A stretch of DNA of 61,708 nucleotides, the filler included. It is 3 parts of 3 records of this genome, joined end to end, with 100 filler letters (N's around TTAATTAATTAA, not from the genome) between each part and the next. Parts side by side here need not be neighbours in the genome. Positions count along the whole stretch, not along the records: positions 30,166 to 61,708 come from SRR22947725_4471; 2 more parts are not named here. One strand, given 5' to 3'. The stretch's first letter is position 1, and the number at the start of each line of letters is the position of its first letter. This document shows positions 38,374-48,608 of the stretch, piece by piece. The position numbers were made by a program, and so were the translations under genes. The notes below the pieces were generated by a model, which did not search any database, had not been told where the DNA came from, and was given only the letters and a program-made list of their open reading frames with translations.

Positions 38374-39492
38374 ATGATTATTGGTGTTCCAAAAGAGATT
38401 AAAAACCATGAGTACAGAGTAGGATTAACGCCTAGAAGTGTTAAGGAGTTTATTAATCATGGCCATAAAGTTTTAGTTCAAACCAATGCAGGTGTTGGAA
38501 TTGGTGCAAGTGACGATGAATATCTAGATACTGGGGCTGAAATCATATCTACTGCCAAGGAAGTTTTTGATAAAGCGGAAATGATTGTAAAGGTAAAAGA
38601 GCCTCAAGCAGAAGAAATTGCAATGCTTAGAGAAGGTCAAATTCTATACACTTATCTTCATCTCGCTCCAGATCCAGAGCAAACTAAAGGTTTAGTAGAA
38701 AGTGGTGCAATTTGTATAGCCTATGAAACAGTAACATCTCCAAGAGGTGGCCTTCCATTATTAGCGCCAATGTCAAAGGTTGCTGGAAGAATGGCAGTCC
38801 AAGCTGGCGCTCACTTTTTAGAGCATCCAAATGGTGGCATGGGTGCACTACTTGGCGGTGTTCCAGGGGTTGATCCACTCAATGTTGTGATACTAGGTGG
38901 TGGCGTTGTTGGTGCTCATGCTGCTCATATGGCAGTTGGAATGGGAGCAGATGTCTGGGTTCTTGATAACAATCCTGAAACCTTAGAGTCTCACTGGCAG
39001 CAATTTGGTAGAAGTACCAATACGGTATTCTCAACAAAAAGTTCGGTAGAGGAGTATGTGCTTCAGGCAGACCTGGTTATTGGTGGTGTTTTAATCCCAG
39101 GTGCTGAGGCACCAAAATTAGTTTCTAAAGAGATGATTAAGGCAATGAAGCCTGGATCTGTGATTGTTGATGTTGCAATTGACCAAGGCGGTTGCTTTGA
39201 AACCTCAAAAGCAACAACACATGCTGAGCCAACTTATATTATTGATGATGTGGTTCATTATTGTGTTGCAAATATGCCTGGAGGCGTTCCAAAGACATCT
39301 ACTTATGCCCTGAACAATGTAACATTGCCTTTTGGGCTTACTATTGCAAATAAAGGCGTTAAACAAGCTTTATTGGATGATGAACATTTGAGAGCAGGAT
39401 TGAATGTCCACAGTGGAAAAGTAACCTGTCTTGAGGTGGCTCAAGATTTGGGATATGATTATGTTCCAGCTCTTGATATGCTCAATAAATAA
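38374..39492 (+). CDS. ald: Alanine dehydrogenase
   Basis: MIIGVPKEIKNHEYRV, KVKEP, YTYLHLAP, LPLLAPMS, DVAIDQGGCFETS, HYCVANMPG. Confidence 0.97.
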   Translation: MIIGVPKEIKNHEYRVGLTPRSVKEFINHGHKVLVQTNAGVGIGASDDEYLDTGAEIISTAKEVFDKAEMIVKVKEPQAEEIAMLREGQILYTYLHLAPDPEQTKGLVESGAICIAYETVTSPRGGLPLLAPMSKVAGRMAVQAGAHFLEHPNGGMGALLGGVPGVDPLNVVILGGGVVGAHAAHMAVGMGADVWVLDNNPETLESHWQQFGRSTNTVFSTKSSVEEYVLQADLVIGGVLIPGAEAPKLVSKEMIKAMKPGSVIVDVAIDQGGCFETSKATTHAEPTYIIDDVVHYCVANMPGGVPKTSTYALNNVTLPFGLTIANKGVKQALLDDEHLRAGLNVHSGKVTCLEVAQDLGYDYVPALDMLNK

Positions 39493-39516
39493 ATAATATA
39501 AATAGGAGAGAAAGAA

Positions 39517-41289
39517 ATGGCAAAGATGACCTCAAGTGAGGCTTTCGTTGAAACAATGGTCGCTAATGATGTAACTGATATATTCGGTATCATGGGTTCA
39601 GCGTTTATGGATGCAATGGATATTTTTGAACCAGCAGGAATCAGATTTATTCCGGTAGTTCATGAACAAGGCGCTGCTCATATGGCAGATGGGTACTCAA
39701 GAGTTAGTGGTAGACATGGTGTAGTAATTGGTCAGAACGGTCCTGGTATCTCCAACTGCGTAACAGCTATTGCTGCTGCTTACTGGGCTCATAGTCCTGT
39801 TGTTATTGTGACTCCTGAAGCCGGAACTATGGGTATGGGTCTTGGAGGTTTTCAAGAAGCAAATCAGCTTCCTATGTTCCAAGAGTTTACTAAGTACCAA
39901 GGTCACGTTGTTAATCCGATGAGGATGGCTGAATTTACGGGTCGTTGCTTTGATAGGGCTATGAGCGAAATGGCTCCTACACAGTTAAACATTCCAAGAG
40001 ATTACTTTTATGCAGATGGTGAGTTTACAATTCCTACTCCAAGAAGAATTGATAGAGGATCTGGAGGCGAGGATACTTTAAATGAGGCTGTTGCTTTAAT
40101 TGCAAAGGCTAAGTTTCCAGTTATTGTTTCAGGTGGCGGTGTTGTTATGGCGGATGGTGTTCAGGAATGTGCTGCATTAGCGGAACGTCTTGGCGCACCG
40201 GTCGTTAATAGTTATCTTCACAATGATTCTTTCCCTGCGAGTCACGATTTATGGTGTGGTCCACTAGGCTATCAAGGCTCAAAAGCAGCTATGAAGTTAA
40301 TCTCAAAAGCAGACGTGGTTATTGCTTTAGGGACTCGCTTAGGTCCTTTTGGAACGCTGCCTCAGCACGGGATGGATTATTGGCCTAAAGATGCTCAAAT
40401 TATTCAAATTGATGCTGATCACAAAATGTTAGGTTTGGTAAAACCAATCAATGTAGGTATCTGTGGTGATGCAAAAGCTGTAGCTGAAGTTCTATGTCAA
40501 AAACTAAAATCAGAAACGTTGAGCTGTGATTCAACTAAGTCTGAAAGATCCACAACAATTGCTGATGAAAAATCAGCTTGGGAGCTCGAGCTTGATGAGT
40601 GGATTCATGAAACTGACTCTTATAGTATGGATATGATTGCTAACAAAGAAGAAGGATGGCTTCACCCAAGACAAGTCCTACGCGAACTTGAAAAAGCTAT
40701 GCCTGAGGATGTCATGGTCTCTACTGATATTGGAAATATCAATTCTGTAGCCAATAGTTATCTTAGATTTGAAAAGCCACGTAGTTTTTTTGCAGCGATG
40801 AGTTTTGGAAACTGTGGTTATGCCTTTCCAACAATTATTGGAGCCAAAGCAGCGGCTCAACACAGGCCCGCTGTTTCCTACGCAGGTGATGGTGCTTGGG
40901 CAATGAGCATGGTTGAAACTATGACTTGTGTGCGTCATGATATTCCAGTGACTGCAGTTGTTTTTCATAATCGTCATTGGGGCGCTGAAAAGAAAAATCA
41001 AGTAGATTTTTATGACAGACGTTTTATTGCTGCTGAGCTTACTGATCAGCACTTTGTTAATATTGCAGAATCAATGGGTGCTGAAGGAATACGAGTTGAT
41101 AAACTTGAAGATGTAGGTCCAGCTCTTAAAAAAGCGATAGATATGCAAATGAATGAAAGAAAGACAACAATCATTGAAATTATGTGCTCAAGAGAGCTTG
41201 GAGATCCGTTCAGAAAAGACGCATTAAGCAAGCCAGTTAGATTCCTTGACAAGTATAAAGATTTTGGTGAAAAATCTCCTCATCGATAA
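39517..41289 (+). CDS. xsc: Sulfoacetaldehyde acetyltransferase (ThDP)
   Basis: FGIMGSAFMD, QNGPGISN, GFQEANQLPMF, GPLGYQGSKAAM, GDGAW, WGAEKKNQVDFY, ELGDPFR. Confidence 0.96.
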   Translation: MAKMTSSEAFVETMVANDVTDIFGIMGSAFMDAMDIFEPAGIRFIPVVHEQGAAHMADGYSRVSGRHGVVIGQNGPGISNCVTAIAAAYWAHSPVVIVTPEAGTMGMGLGGFQEANQLPMFQEFTKYQGHVVNPMRMAEFTGRCFDRAMSEMAPTQLNIPRDYFYADGEFTIPTPRRIDRGSGGEDTLNEAVALIAKAKFPVIVSGGGVVMADGVQECAALAERLGAPVVNSYLHNDSFPASHDLWCGPLGYQGSKAAMKLISKADVVIALGTRLGPFGTLPQHGMDYWPKDAQIIQIDADHKMLGLVKPINVGICGDAKAVAEVLCQKLKSETLSCDSTKSERSTTIADEKSAWELELDEWIHETDSYSMDMIANKEEGWLHPRQVLRELEKAMPEDVMVSTDIGNINSVANSYLRFEKPRSFFAAMSFGNCGYAFPTIIGAKAAAQHRPAVSYAGDGAWAMSMVETMTCVRHDIPVTAVVFHNRHWGAEKKNQVDFYDRRFIAAELTDQHFVNIAESMGAEGIRVDKLEDVGPALKKAIDMQMNERKTTIIEIMCSRELGDPFRKDALSKPVRFLDKYKDFGEKSPHR

Positions 41290-41303
41290 GTCTTAACTAT
41301 CAA

Positions 41304-41350
41304 TCCCTCAGAGTGGTATATTATTGCGCTCTGAGGGAATAAATTTTTTT
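41304..41350 (+). terminator. Rho-independent terminator after xsc
   Basis: TCCCTCAGAG...CTCTGAGGGA stem followed by ATAAATTTTTTT. Confidence 0.7.
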
Positions 41351-41353
41351 ACA

Positions 41354-41905
41354 ATGAATGAAAATTCGATAACACCATCTGATGTTTTAGATTATTGGTT
41401 TTCAGAAAAAAGTAAACAATTCTGGTTTGCTTCAACCCCCCAAGTAGACAACGAAATTAAAGTACGTTTTGAAAGCGTTTGGGAAAAAGCAGCGGAAGGA
41501 GAATATAGTCAGTGGAGAGAAACAGCTGATGGCTCTGTTGCTCTTATAGTAATTTTGGATCAGCTACCCCTTAATATGTTCAGATCAGACCCAAAAGGCT
41601 TTCAAACAGAGAGTATGGCAGTTGAAGTAGCTTTAAATGCAATTAATAATGGGTTTGATGAGGAGCTCAATGATGAAAAGCTATTATTTCTGTTTATGCC
41701 ATTGATGCATAGTGAAAATATTGATCATCAAAATTTACAAGTTTATTTGTTTGATAAGTACAACTTTAACCTTGAGTTTTCAAAGCATCACAGAGATCTC
41801 GTTAAAAAATTTGGTCGCTTCCCTCATAGAAATGAAATTCTAGGGCGCATGAGTACCATGGAGGAGCTTGACTATCTTCTCTCTGATAACGCATTTAAGG
41901 GTTAG
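41354..41905 (+). CDS. DUF924 family protein
   Basis: VLDYWF, WF, LIVILDQLPLNMFR, FLFMPLMHSE, FGRFPHRNEILGR; the upstream TTG lies in the terminator so the ATG at 41354 is preferred. Confidence 0.9.
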   Translation: MNENSITPSDVLDYWFSEKSKQFWFASTPQVDNEIKVRFESVWEKAAEGEYSQWRETADGSVALIVILDQLPLNMFRSDPKGFQTESMAVEVALNAINNGFDEELNDEKLLFLFMPLMHSENIDHQNLQVYLFDKYNFNLEFSKHHRDLVKKFGRFPHRNEILGRMSTMEELDYLLSDNAFKG

Positions 41906-41915
41906 AACTTATTAT

Positions 41916-42338
41916 TTATTTAACAGAAAGTATTGCGTCAATCCCCGCTTGAGAAACCACTATATCTTGGTCAGAGCTGCCAGAACTGCAACCAATCCCA
42001 CCAACAATCTGACCATCAACAAAAAGAGGTAGGCCACCACCAACTACACAAAAACGACCTTGATGTGAGGTTTGAATACCAAATGCTGGCCCATGATTAA
42101 TAACAGATTTACCATAATCTAAGGTCGCCTTTCTAGCTGCCGCAGCAGTAAATGCCTTATCGATAGAGACATTAATGCTTGTAATTTTTGCATTATCCAT
42201 TCTTGTAAATAACATGAGGTGACCACCATCGTCCACAATAGCGATATCCATGTCTATACCAAGTTCAATTGCTTTATTAATGGCACCATCCATCATTTTC
42301 TTTGTATCTTCAAGCGTAAGTTTTAGTACTTGTTTCAT
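41916..42338 (-). CDS. glcG: GlcG/HbpS heme-binding family protein
   Basis: IAIVDDGGHL...RMD, IDKAFTAA, GGGLPL..DGQIVGGIGCS, DQD; downstream of glcB. Confidence 0.8.
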   Translation of the reverse strand: MKQVLKLTLEDTKKMMDGAINKAIELGIDMDIAIVDDGGHLMLFTRMDNAKITSINVSIDKAFTAAAARKATLDYGKSVINHGPAFGIQTSHQGRFCVVGGGLPLFVDGQIVGGIGCSSGSSDQDIVVSQAGIDAILSVK

Positions 42339-42599
42339 AATATAACTCGCAGAGCAACTAATTTGTTTCGCTGCAACCTCTGTTTAACTTGCTCATAGAT
42401 AATATGAATCATAAAAACCCCTTTATATTGATCACTTTCGTAATAATATAGCTACATTTTCAAAGAGTAGATTTAGTAATTGTCAAAGGTGATTTAGGTC
42501 AAATCAACTGACACATCTATTGCGGTTTAATATTTACTTTAAGTTAGCGTTCCATTGGTGATAAGAGCTAGCTGTTTCCAAGAAAAAATGACAATCCAT

Positions 42600-44750
42600 C
42601 TACTTTGCCTTCTTAGCTTCAAGAAATTTACGTCTAAACCTTATTAATATATCTTCTGTGTATCCATTTGCCTGATCTGCACCTTCAAGTGCAAGTGCTA
42701 TTGAGGCTTTGTAAGCAAAACTATCATAGTTTGGTGCCAATGCAAGATAGTTAGGGTCATTTTTGTTTTGATCATCAACAATAACAGCCATATCTTGAAA
42801 TGCTTTATTTACCTGATCTTTTGTACATATTTTATGATGAAGCCAATTTGCCATATGTTGTGAAGAAATTCTTAGTGTTGCTCGGTCTTCCATTAGACCA
42901 ATATGATTGATATCTTGAACTTTTGAGCAACCAATCCCCTGGTTAATCCATTTAACGACATACCCTAAGATGCTCTGCGCATTGTTATTGATTTCCTTAA
43001 TAATTTTCTCTTCAGATAATTGATCAGCTAACTTCAAAAATGGAATTTTATACAGGTCATCCTGGTTTGGTTTTTGGTGCTTAGATAAGAGTTCTTGTTG
43101 CTGTCTAAATACATTAAAACGATGATAATGAGTAGCATGTAGAGTTGCTGCTGTTGGTGAAGGAACCCATGAACAGCTTGCTCCAGCCTCTAAATGGACC
43201 ATTTTGTTATCTAGCATTTGACGCATTTGGTCGGGCTGAGCCCACATACCTTTTCCAATTTGTGCTCTTTTATAAAGACCACATTCAAGGCCTGAACTGA
43301 CATTATTTTCTTCATAGGCAGAAAACCATGCCTCTTCCTTGATGAGGTTTTTACAGCGCATCGCTCCCGCCATCATAGAGGTATGTATTTCGTCACCCGT
43401 TCTATCAAGAAATCCGGTATTAATAAAAATGATGCGATTTTTAGCTTCGTAAATACAGGCTTTTAGATTTAGAGTTGTTCTTCTTTCTTCATCCATAACC
43501 CCAATCTTAAGAGTGTTTTCCTTAATTGACAGTGCTTTCTCAACTGCTGAAAATAAATCCATAGTGAATTTAACTTCTTCAGGGCCATGAAGCTTGGGCT
43601 TGACAATGTAGATGCTGCCTTTTTTGGAATTCATTTTGAGTTTTAAATCATGAAGGGCAATCAGTGAAGTAACCATTGCGTCCAAAATGCCTTCTGGGAT
43701 TGGTGATCCATCATTATTCGTGACCATTTCAGTTGTCATGTGGATGCCTACATTTCGAACAAGCGTTAAACTTGTTCCAGGCAGCTTACAGATAGCTCCA
43801 TGAGTATCAGTATAGGTCTTATCGTTATTCAATGATCTCGTAATAGTTTCGCCACCCTTTACAAAAGAGGCACTTAATTCACGCTTCATGAGTCCAAGAT
43901 AGTTTCGATATGCATGAATTTTTTCTTCGTCTGAGACAGTGGATGCAGAATCCTCAAAGTCAACGATTGTAGTCACAGCAGACTCCAATATGACATCAAA
44001 GATCCCACTCTTATGAAGACTCCTTTCTTGGTCACATACAATCTCAATATGAAGATTATTGTTTTTTAATAATATATTTCCATTTTCAGTAAGCCCAATA
44101 TATTGACTAGGGTTTATTAAGGTTGCTACTTCACCGTCATTCAAATTAAAAATTAAAGTTCCCTTATACTTAACTTGAGTTGTAATTTGTCGATATGAAG
44201 CGCCCTTAAGGGGTGCAATTTCATCGAGAAAATCACAAGCAAGTTCTGCTGTTCGATTAACCCTTTGAAGATTATGCGCAAATGAGGTACTCATGCTACC
44301 CTTATTAGGTATGACATTGGTTCCATAAAGTGAGTCAAAGAGACTACCCCATCTTGCATTTACAGCATTTAGGACAAATCTTTGATTGGTAATAGGGACA
44401 ACGAGTTGAGGTCCTGCAACTTGAGAAATTTCATCGTCAACCTCTTCTACTTCAATAGAGAATTCATCTGGCTTTTCAGCGACATAACCAATACTCTGCA
44501 AAAATTCTTTGTATTTCTGAGGGTCGATACGTTTATTTTGAAGATGCCACTCATCTATTTGTGATTGTATTTCATCACGTTTATCTAAGAGTAATTGGTT
44601 AGACTCTTGAAGTTCACTCAAAATTTTCGAAAGCGATTCGAAGAAATCAGTTGCAGTGATTTCTAATCCATCACATACTTCGTTATCAATAAAGTCAAAG
44701 AAGATTTTATCAACTTTAATATCTTGAATTATTTGTTGGCCAGCGTTCAT
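42600..44750 (-). CDS. glcB: Malate synthase G
   Basis: AGPQLVVP, NARWGSLFDSLYGT, DFEDS, VRNVG, YIVKPKLHGPEEV, MDEERRT, NTGFLDRTGDEIHT, WVPSPTAATLHA, LMEDRATLRISSQ. Confidence 0.97.
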   Translation of the reverse strand: MNAGQQIIQDIKVDKIFFDFIDNEVCDGLEITATDFFESLSKILSELQESNQLLLDKRDEIQSQIDEWHLQNKRIDPQKYKEFLQSIGYVAEKPDEFSIEVEEVDDEISQVAGPQLVVPITNQRFVLNAVNARWGSLFDSLYGTNVIPNKGSMSTSFAHNLQRVNRTAELACDFLDEIAPLKGASYRQITTQVKYKGTLIFNLNDGEVATLINPSQYIGLTENGNILLKNNNLHIEIVCDQERSLHKSGIFDVILESAVTTIVDFEDSASTVSDEEKIHAYRNYLGLMKRELSASFVKGGETITRSLNNDKTYTDTHGAICKLPGTSLTLVRNVGIHMTTEMVTNNDGSPIPEGILDAMVTSLIALHDLKLKMNSKKGSIYIVKPKLHGPEEVKFTMDLFSAVEKALSIKENTLKIGVMDEERRTTLNLKACIYEAKNRIIFINTGFLDRTGDEIHTSMMAGAMRCKNLIKEEAWFSAYEENNVSSGLECGLYKRAQIGKGMWAQPDQMRQMLDNKMVHLEAGASCSWVPSPTAATLHATHYHRFNVFRQQQELLSKHQKPNQDDLYKIPFLKLADQLSEEKIIKEINNNAQSILGYVVKWINQGIGCSKVQDINHIGLMEDRATLRISSQHMANWLHHKICTKDQVNKAFQDMAVIVDDQNKNDPNYLALAPNYDSFAYKASIALALEGADQANGYTEDILIRFRRKFLEAKKAK

Positions 44751-45226
44751 GAATTTACCTTATTTTCAATTACAATTACACCATCTTCATCAGCATAAAG
44801 ATAATGATTTGGGATAAATTTTACATTTGAAAAGTCAACAGTTAAATTTCTTTTTCCATTTCCTTTTTTAATACTTTTTCGAGGACAAACGCCTAGAGCT
44901 TTTATGCCAATAGTCATGGAATTAATCATTACAGAGTCCCTAATTGATCCATTTACAACAATTCCCTCCCACTCATTTTTAATTGCGTCTGATGCTCTTT
45001 TATCGCCGAGCATTGCGCACCTAAAAGATTCTCCAGCATCGATAACTAAAACGCATCCTTTGCCATTCATTTTTAAAGCTTCTTCAACGAGAGAATTGTC
45101 TTCAAAGCATTTGATAGTAACAATGCGACCTGAAAAAGCAGTTTTACCTCCATAGCTTTTAAATATGGGATCTAAGTACTGAACATGTGGATGCAGCTGA
45201 TCTGAAATATCACAGGTTGACTTCAT
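44747..45226 (-). CDS. rraA: RraA / HMG-aldolase-like protein
   Basis: TCDISD, FSGRIVTIKCFEDNSLV, LVIDAG, AMLGD, GSIRD, LYADEDG. Confidence 0.9.
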   Translation of the reverse strand: MKSTCDISDQLHPHVQYLDPIFKSYGGKTAFSGRIVTIKCFEDNSLVEEALKMNGKGCVLVIDAGESFRCAMLGDKRASDAIKNEWEGIVVNGSIRDSVMINSMTIGIKALGVCPRKSIKKGNGKRNLTVDFSNVKFIPNHYLYADEDGVIVIENKVNS

Positions 45227-47020
45227 TTAGTTGTCCTTATAAATTTCACACATACGTTTTTCAGAGCCATAGGGGTAATAATCCATCACACCATTTTGTT
45301 TGATTTTTTCTTGAATAGAGACCCAGTAGTCAGCATCTAGTAATTTTTTATACTTTTTATTGAATACTTCCTTCATGTATGGATTTGGCAGCATAAAGTA
45401 TTTAAATTCTTCGGGAAATACATCGTTCTGACCCACGTAGTACCAGGGCTCAGAGGCCATCTCTTGTTCATATGTTTTAGCTTTAGGTATTTTTTTAAAG
45501 ATAGGAGTGCTCATTAATGTAATTTCATCATAATCATAAAACACAACTCTATTCTGACGGGTTACCCCAAAATTTTTGGTCAGCATATCTCCAGGGAAAA
45601 TATTTGAATTAATTAGCTCATCAATAGCCTTTCCATAGTCATTAATGATATGGTTTTGTTGTTTTATATTTGCAGTTTCGAGATACATATTTAGAGGCGT
45701 CATTTTGTTCTCAATATACATATGTTTGATTATGAGCAGGTCATTTTCTATCTCAATATTGGAGCTCGCCTTTTTTTCTAATTCTTTAAGTAAAGCATCA
45801 TCGATATCTTTCAATGGAAAGGCAACATTTGAAAATTCCCAGGTATCAGCTAGCCTTCCAATTCTGACATGATTTTTCACGAAATAGTATCTATCTTTGA
45901 CCATTTCTTTTGTGCCCATCTTAGGCGGTGCAAATTGATCATTGATTACTTTAAAAACATATGGATACATAGGAAAAGTGAAAACTGACATGACCATCCC
46001 TTTGATGCCTGGAGCAATAATTAATTTTTCACTAGTGATTTTTGAGTATTTAAGGAAATGCCTATATAAAAGCGTTTTGCCTTGTTTGTGAAGGCCAATT
46101 GCGCTATAGAGGACAGCTCTTGTTTTTCCAGGTAGAAGTTCTTTTAGATACTCTACAATGGCAGAAGGGTAATCAGTAGTTATAAAAAAATAGGATCTAG
46201 AAAAGCTAAAAATAATAGATATTGATCCAATATCAGTCAGCAAACTGTCAACATACAGCCCTTTATTTTCATCATTCAATAGAGCTATAAGAACAGGGAC
46301 ATCAGAATGGAGCTGGGTGACAATTTTTCCTACAATATAAGCACATTTTCCTCTAATAAAAGGGGTACTGATAAATTGAAGCTCAAATACCTCAGACTGA
46401 AGTCTTGGCATTTGCTTGATAAGTTGTTCTTGAAGCCTTTCGATGTCTTGATCAAGATTCCCAAATTTACAACTAAATTTATAGTTATTTAGGACTGAAG
46501 TTAAAGTCTCTTTAAGCTGACCATCATCGACAAAATAGCTATCGATAACTGGCTCATCCATATCGATATAGTTCAGAGAGACGCAGGGTTTAGTAAATAT
46601 ATATTGATTATTATAAAAGCTTCTTGAAAATATCCTGCAAAAAACTGAGTTGTAAAAGGTTTCTGCAAGTTCAGGTTGCTTATGTGATGTGATGAGTTCA
46701 ATATAGACATGTTTGGTGTTTTTCCAAAAATCTGAATTAAACTTATCCATCTTCTGAGTCTCATTGAATTCAGCTTTTGCACCATAAAGGGTTTGTTTTT
46801 TTAATTCAGAAGATAGGTTTTTACAAAACACATCAACTTGCTCATCATAGAAATTAAGTCTCAGCTTAGAGTCATTCTCAATTTTTTCCCATTCTTTTTC
46901 CTCAAAACATCTTTTTGCTTCAATGGAAGCACTTTTAATGTTTTGATAATGATGCTCGAATCCCAACAAAATCTTCTTGGCAATTGAGAGTGAGATTTTT
47001 TGAGATGAGCTGCTTAGCAT
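45227..47020 (-). CDS. aceK: Isocitrate dehydrogenase kinase/phosphatase
   Basis: ELAETFYNSV, FSFSRSYF, GLHKQGKT, APGIKGMVM, VFKVI, GRLADT, IFPGDML, FYDYDE, DVFPEEF. Confidence 0.97.
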   Translation of the reverse strand: MLSSSSQKISLSIAKKILLGFEHHYQNIKSASIEAKRCFEEKEWEKIENDSKLRLNFYDEQVDVFCKNLSSELKKQTLYGAKAEFNETQKMDKFNSDFWKNTKHVYIELITSHKQPELAETFYNSVFCRIFSRSFYNNQYIFTKPCVSLNYIDMDEPVIDSYFVDDGQLKETLTSVLNNYKFSCKFGNLDQDIERLQEQLIKQMPRLQSEVFELQFISTPFIRGKCAYIVGKIVTQLHSDVPVLIALLNDENKGLYVDSLLTDIGSISIIFSFSRSYFFITTDYPSAIVEYLKELLPGKTRAVLYSAIGLHKQGKTLLYRHFLKYSKITSEKLIIAPGIKGMVMSVFTFPMYPYVFKVINDQFAPPKMGTKEMVKDRYYFVKNHVRIGRLADTWEFSNVAFPLKDIDDALLKELEKKASSNIEIENDLLIIKHMYIENKMTPLNMYLETANIKQQNHIINDYGKAIDELINSNIFPGDMLTKNFGVTRQNRVVFYDYDEITLMSTPIFKKIPKAKTYEQEMASEPWYYVGQNDVFPEEFKYFMLPNPYMKEVFNKKYKKLLDADYWVSIQEKIKQNGVMDYYPYGSEKRMCEIYKDN

Positions 47021-47042
47021 TTTAAGTTCGTTATATGCAGAA

Positions 47043-47062
47043 GCCCTTCAAATATGAAGGGC
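47043..47062 (-). terminator. Intercistronic hairpin between aceA and aceK
   Basis: GCCCTTCA-AATA-TGAAGGGC perfect 8-bp stem with only a weak U tract. Confidence 0.55.
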
Positions 47063-47087
47063 ATCATAGAATTATTACTGATAAGAC

Positions 47088-48395
47088 TTAACTAAACTGC
47101 TCTTCCTCAGTTGAGCCTTTCAGTGCAGTTACTGATGATTCTCCACCCTGAATAACAGTTGTAACGTCATCAAAATAACCTGCTCCAACTTCTTGCTGAT
47201 GAGATGCAAAGGTGTACCCTTTCTTTGCAGCATTAAACTCTGGCTCTTGAACCTTTTCAACATAGTGTTTCATGCCTTCGCCTTTTGCATATTCATAAGC
47301 AAGGTCAAACATGTTATACCACATATTGTGTATGCCAGCCAAAGTGATAAATTGATACTTATAACCCATCTCAGAAATCTTTTCCTGAAAAGAGGCAATT
47401 TGACTATCATTTAAATTCTTTTTCCAGTTGAACGATGGAGAGCAATTGTAGGCTAGAAGTTGGCCGGGATTCTCTGCAAGGACTGCTTCAGCAAACTCGC
47501 GCGCAAATCCAAGATCAGGTTTGCCCGTTTCACACCATACCAAGTCAGCATAAGGGGCATAAGCAACTCCTCTTGAGATGGATTGTTCAAGGCCATTTTT
47601 AACAACATAAAAACCCTCAGCAGTTCTCTTTCCAGTAATAAAGGCAGCATCATGTGGATCAACATCTGAAGTAAGTAGATTTGCTGCTTCTGCATCAGTT
47701 CTGGCAAGCAGAAGTGTAGGAACCCCCATAACATCTGAGGCCAAGCGAGCAGAAATCAGTTTTTGAACTGCTTCTTGTGTTGGCACTAAAACTTTACCAC
47801 CCATATGGCCGCACTTCTTAACTGCAGCCAGCTGATCTTCGAAGTGAGCACCAGCGGCACCATTAGCAATCATATTCTTCATTAACTCAAATGAATTCAA
47901 TACGCCGCCAAATCCAGCCTCTGCGTCGGCAACGATTGGTAAAAAGAAATCAATATATTTATCATCACTAGGGTCGATACCTTGCGACCACTGAATTTCA
48001 TCTGCTCTTTTAAATGTATTGTTAATTCTTCTTACCATTGTAGGCACAGAGTCATAAGCATAGAGTGATTGGTCCGGGTACATTGTTTCAGAGGTATTTC
48101 CATCAGCAGCAACTTGCCATCCAGAAAGATAAATTGCCTCAATGCCAGCCTTTGCCTGCTGCATTGCTTGACCTGCAGTGATTGCTCCCATGCAGTTGAC
48201 ATAGCCTTTTTTGGATGAGCCATTAACCAGATCCCAAAGCTTTTCAGCCCCTCTTCTAGCATAAGTACATTCAGGCTGAACTGATCCACGAAGCCTTACA
48301 ACATCTTCAGCAGAATAAGTTCTTTTGACGTTGGACCATCTGGGGTTATCTTGCCAGTCTTTCTCTAATGCTTTAATTTGCTCTTTTCTGTTCAC
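47088..48395 (-). CDS. aceA: Isocitrate lyase
   Basis: [67 protein letters not shown] before the GTG at 48395. Confidence 0.98.
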   Translation of the reverse strand: MNRKEQIKALEKDWQDNPRWSNVKRTYSAEDVVRLRGSVQPECTYARRGAEKLWDLVNGSSKKGYVNCMGAITAGQAMQQAKAGIEAIYLSGWQVAADGNTSETMYPDQSLYAYDSVPTMVRRINNTFKRADEIQWSQGIDPSDDKYIDFFLPIVADAEAGFGGVLNSFELMKNMIANGAAGAHFEDQLAAVKKCGHMGGKVLVPTQEAVQKLISARLASDVMGVPTLLLARTDAEAANLLTSDVDPHDAAFITGKRTAEGFYVVKNGLEQSISRGVAYAPYADLVWCETGKPDLGFAREFAEAVLAENPGQLLAYNCSPSFNWKKNLNDSQIASFQEKISEMGYKYQFITLAGIHNMWYNMFDLAYEYAKGEGMKHYVEKVQEPEFNAAKKGYTFASHQQEVGAGYFDDVTTVIQGGESSVTALKGSTEEEQFS

Positions 48396-48589
48396 CTTTC
48401 TCTCCTTAGTTATCACTATTTTATGAAATAGATTCTTTTAAAATATTATGTATTATGTCAGTTTTTAGACAGATATCATGTTTAACATATCAGTCCTAAA
48501 GTATTGATAAAACTATTAATTGCATACCTTTTTTATAATACCAATATTACATCTAGTAAGTTTATTTTTTTCACTATATAATATATATT

Positions 48590-48604
48590 TTTCATAATAT
48601 GAAA
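48590..48604. promoter_or_regulatory. Palindrome TTTCATAaTATGAAA, candidate IclR operator
   Basis: Perfect 7-1-7 inverted repeat ending 4 nt before the iclR start codon; region is AT-rich, so a chance match is possible. Confidence 0.45.
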
Positions 48605-48608
48605 TTAA

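Noticed and set aside
42339-42599. 261-nt gap between glcB and glcG as a possible ncRNA or riboswitch
   Set aside because: Only short AT-rich inverted repeats; no recognisable RNA family motif; more likely the glcG promoter region
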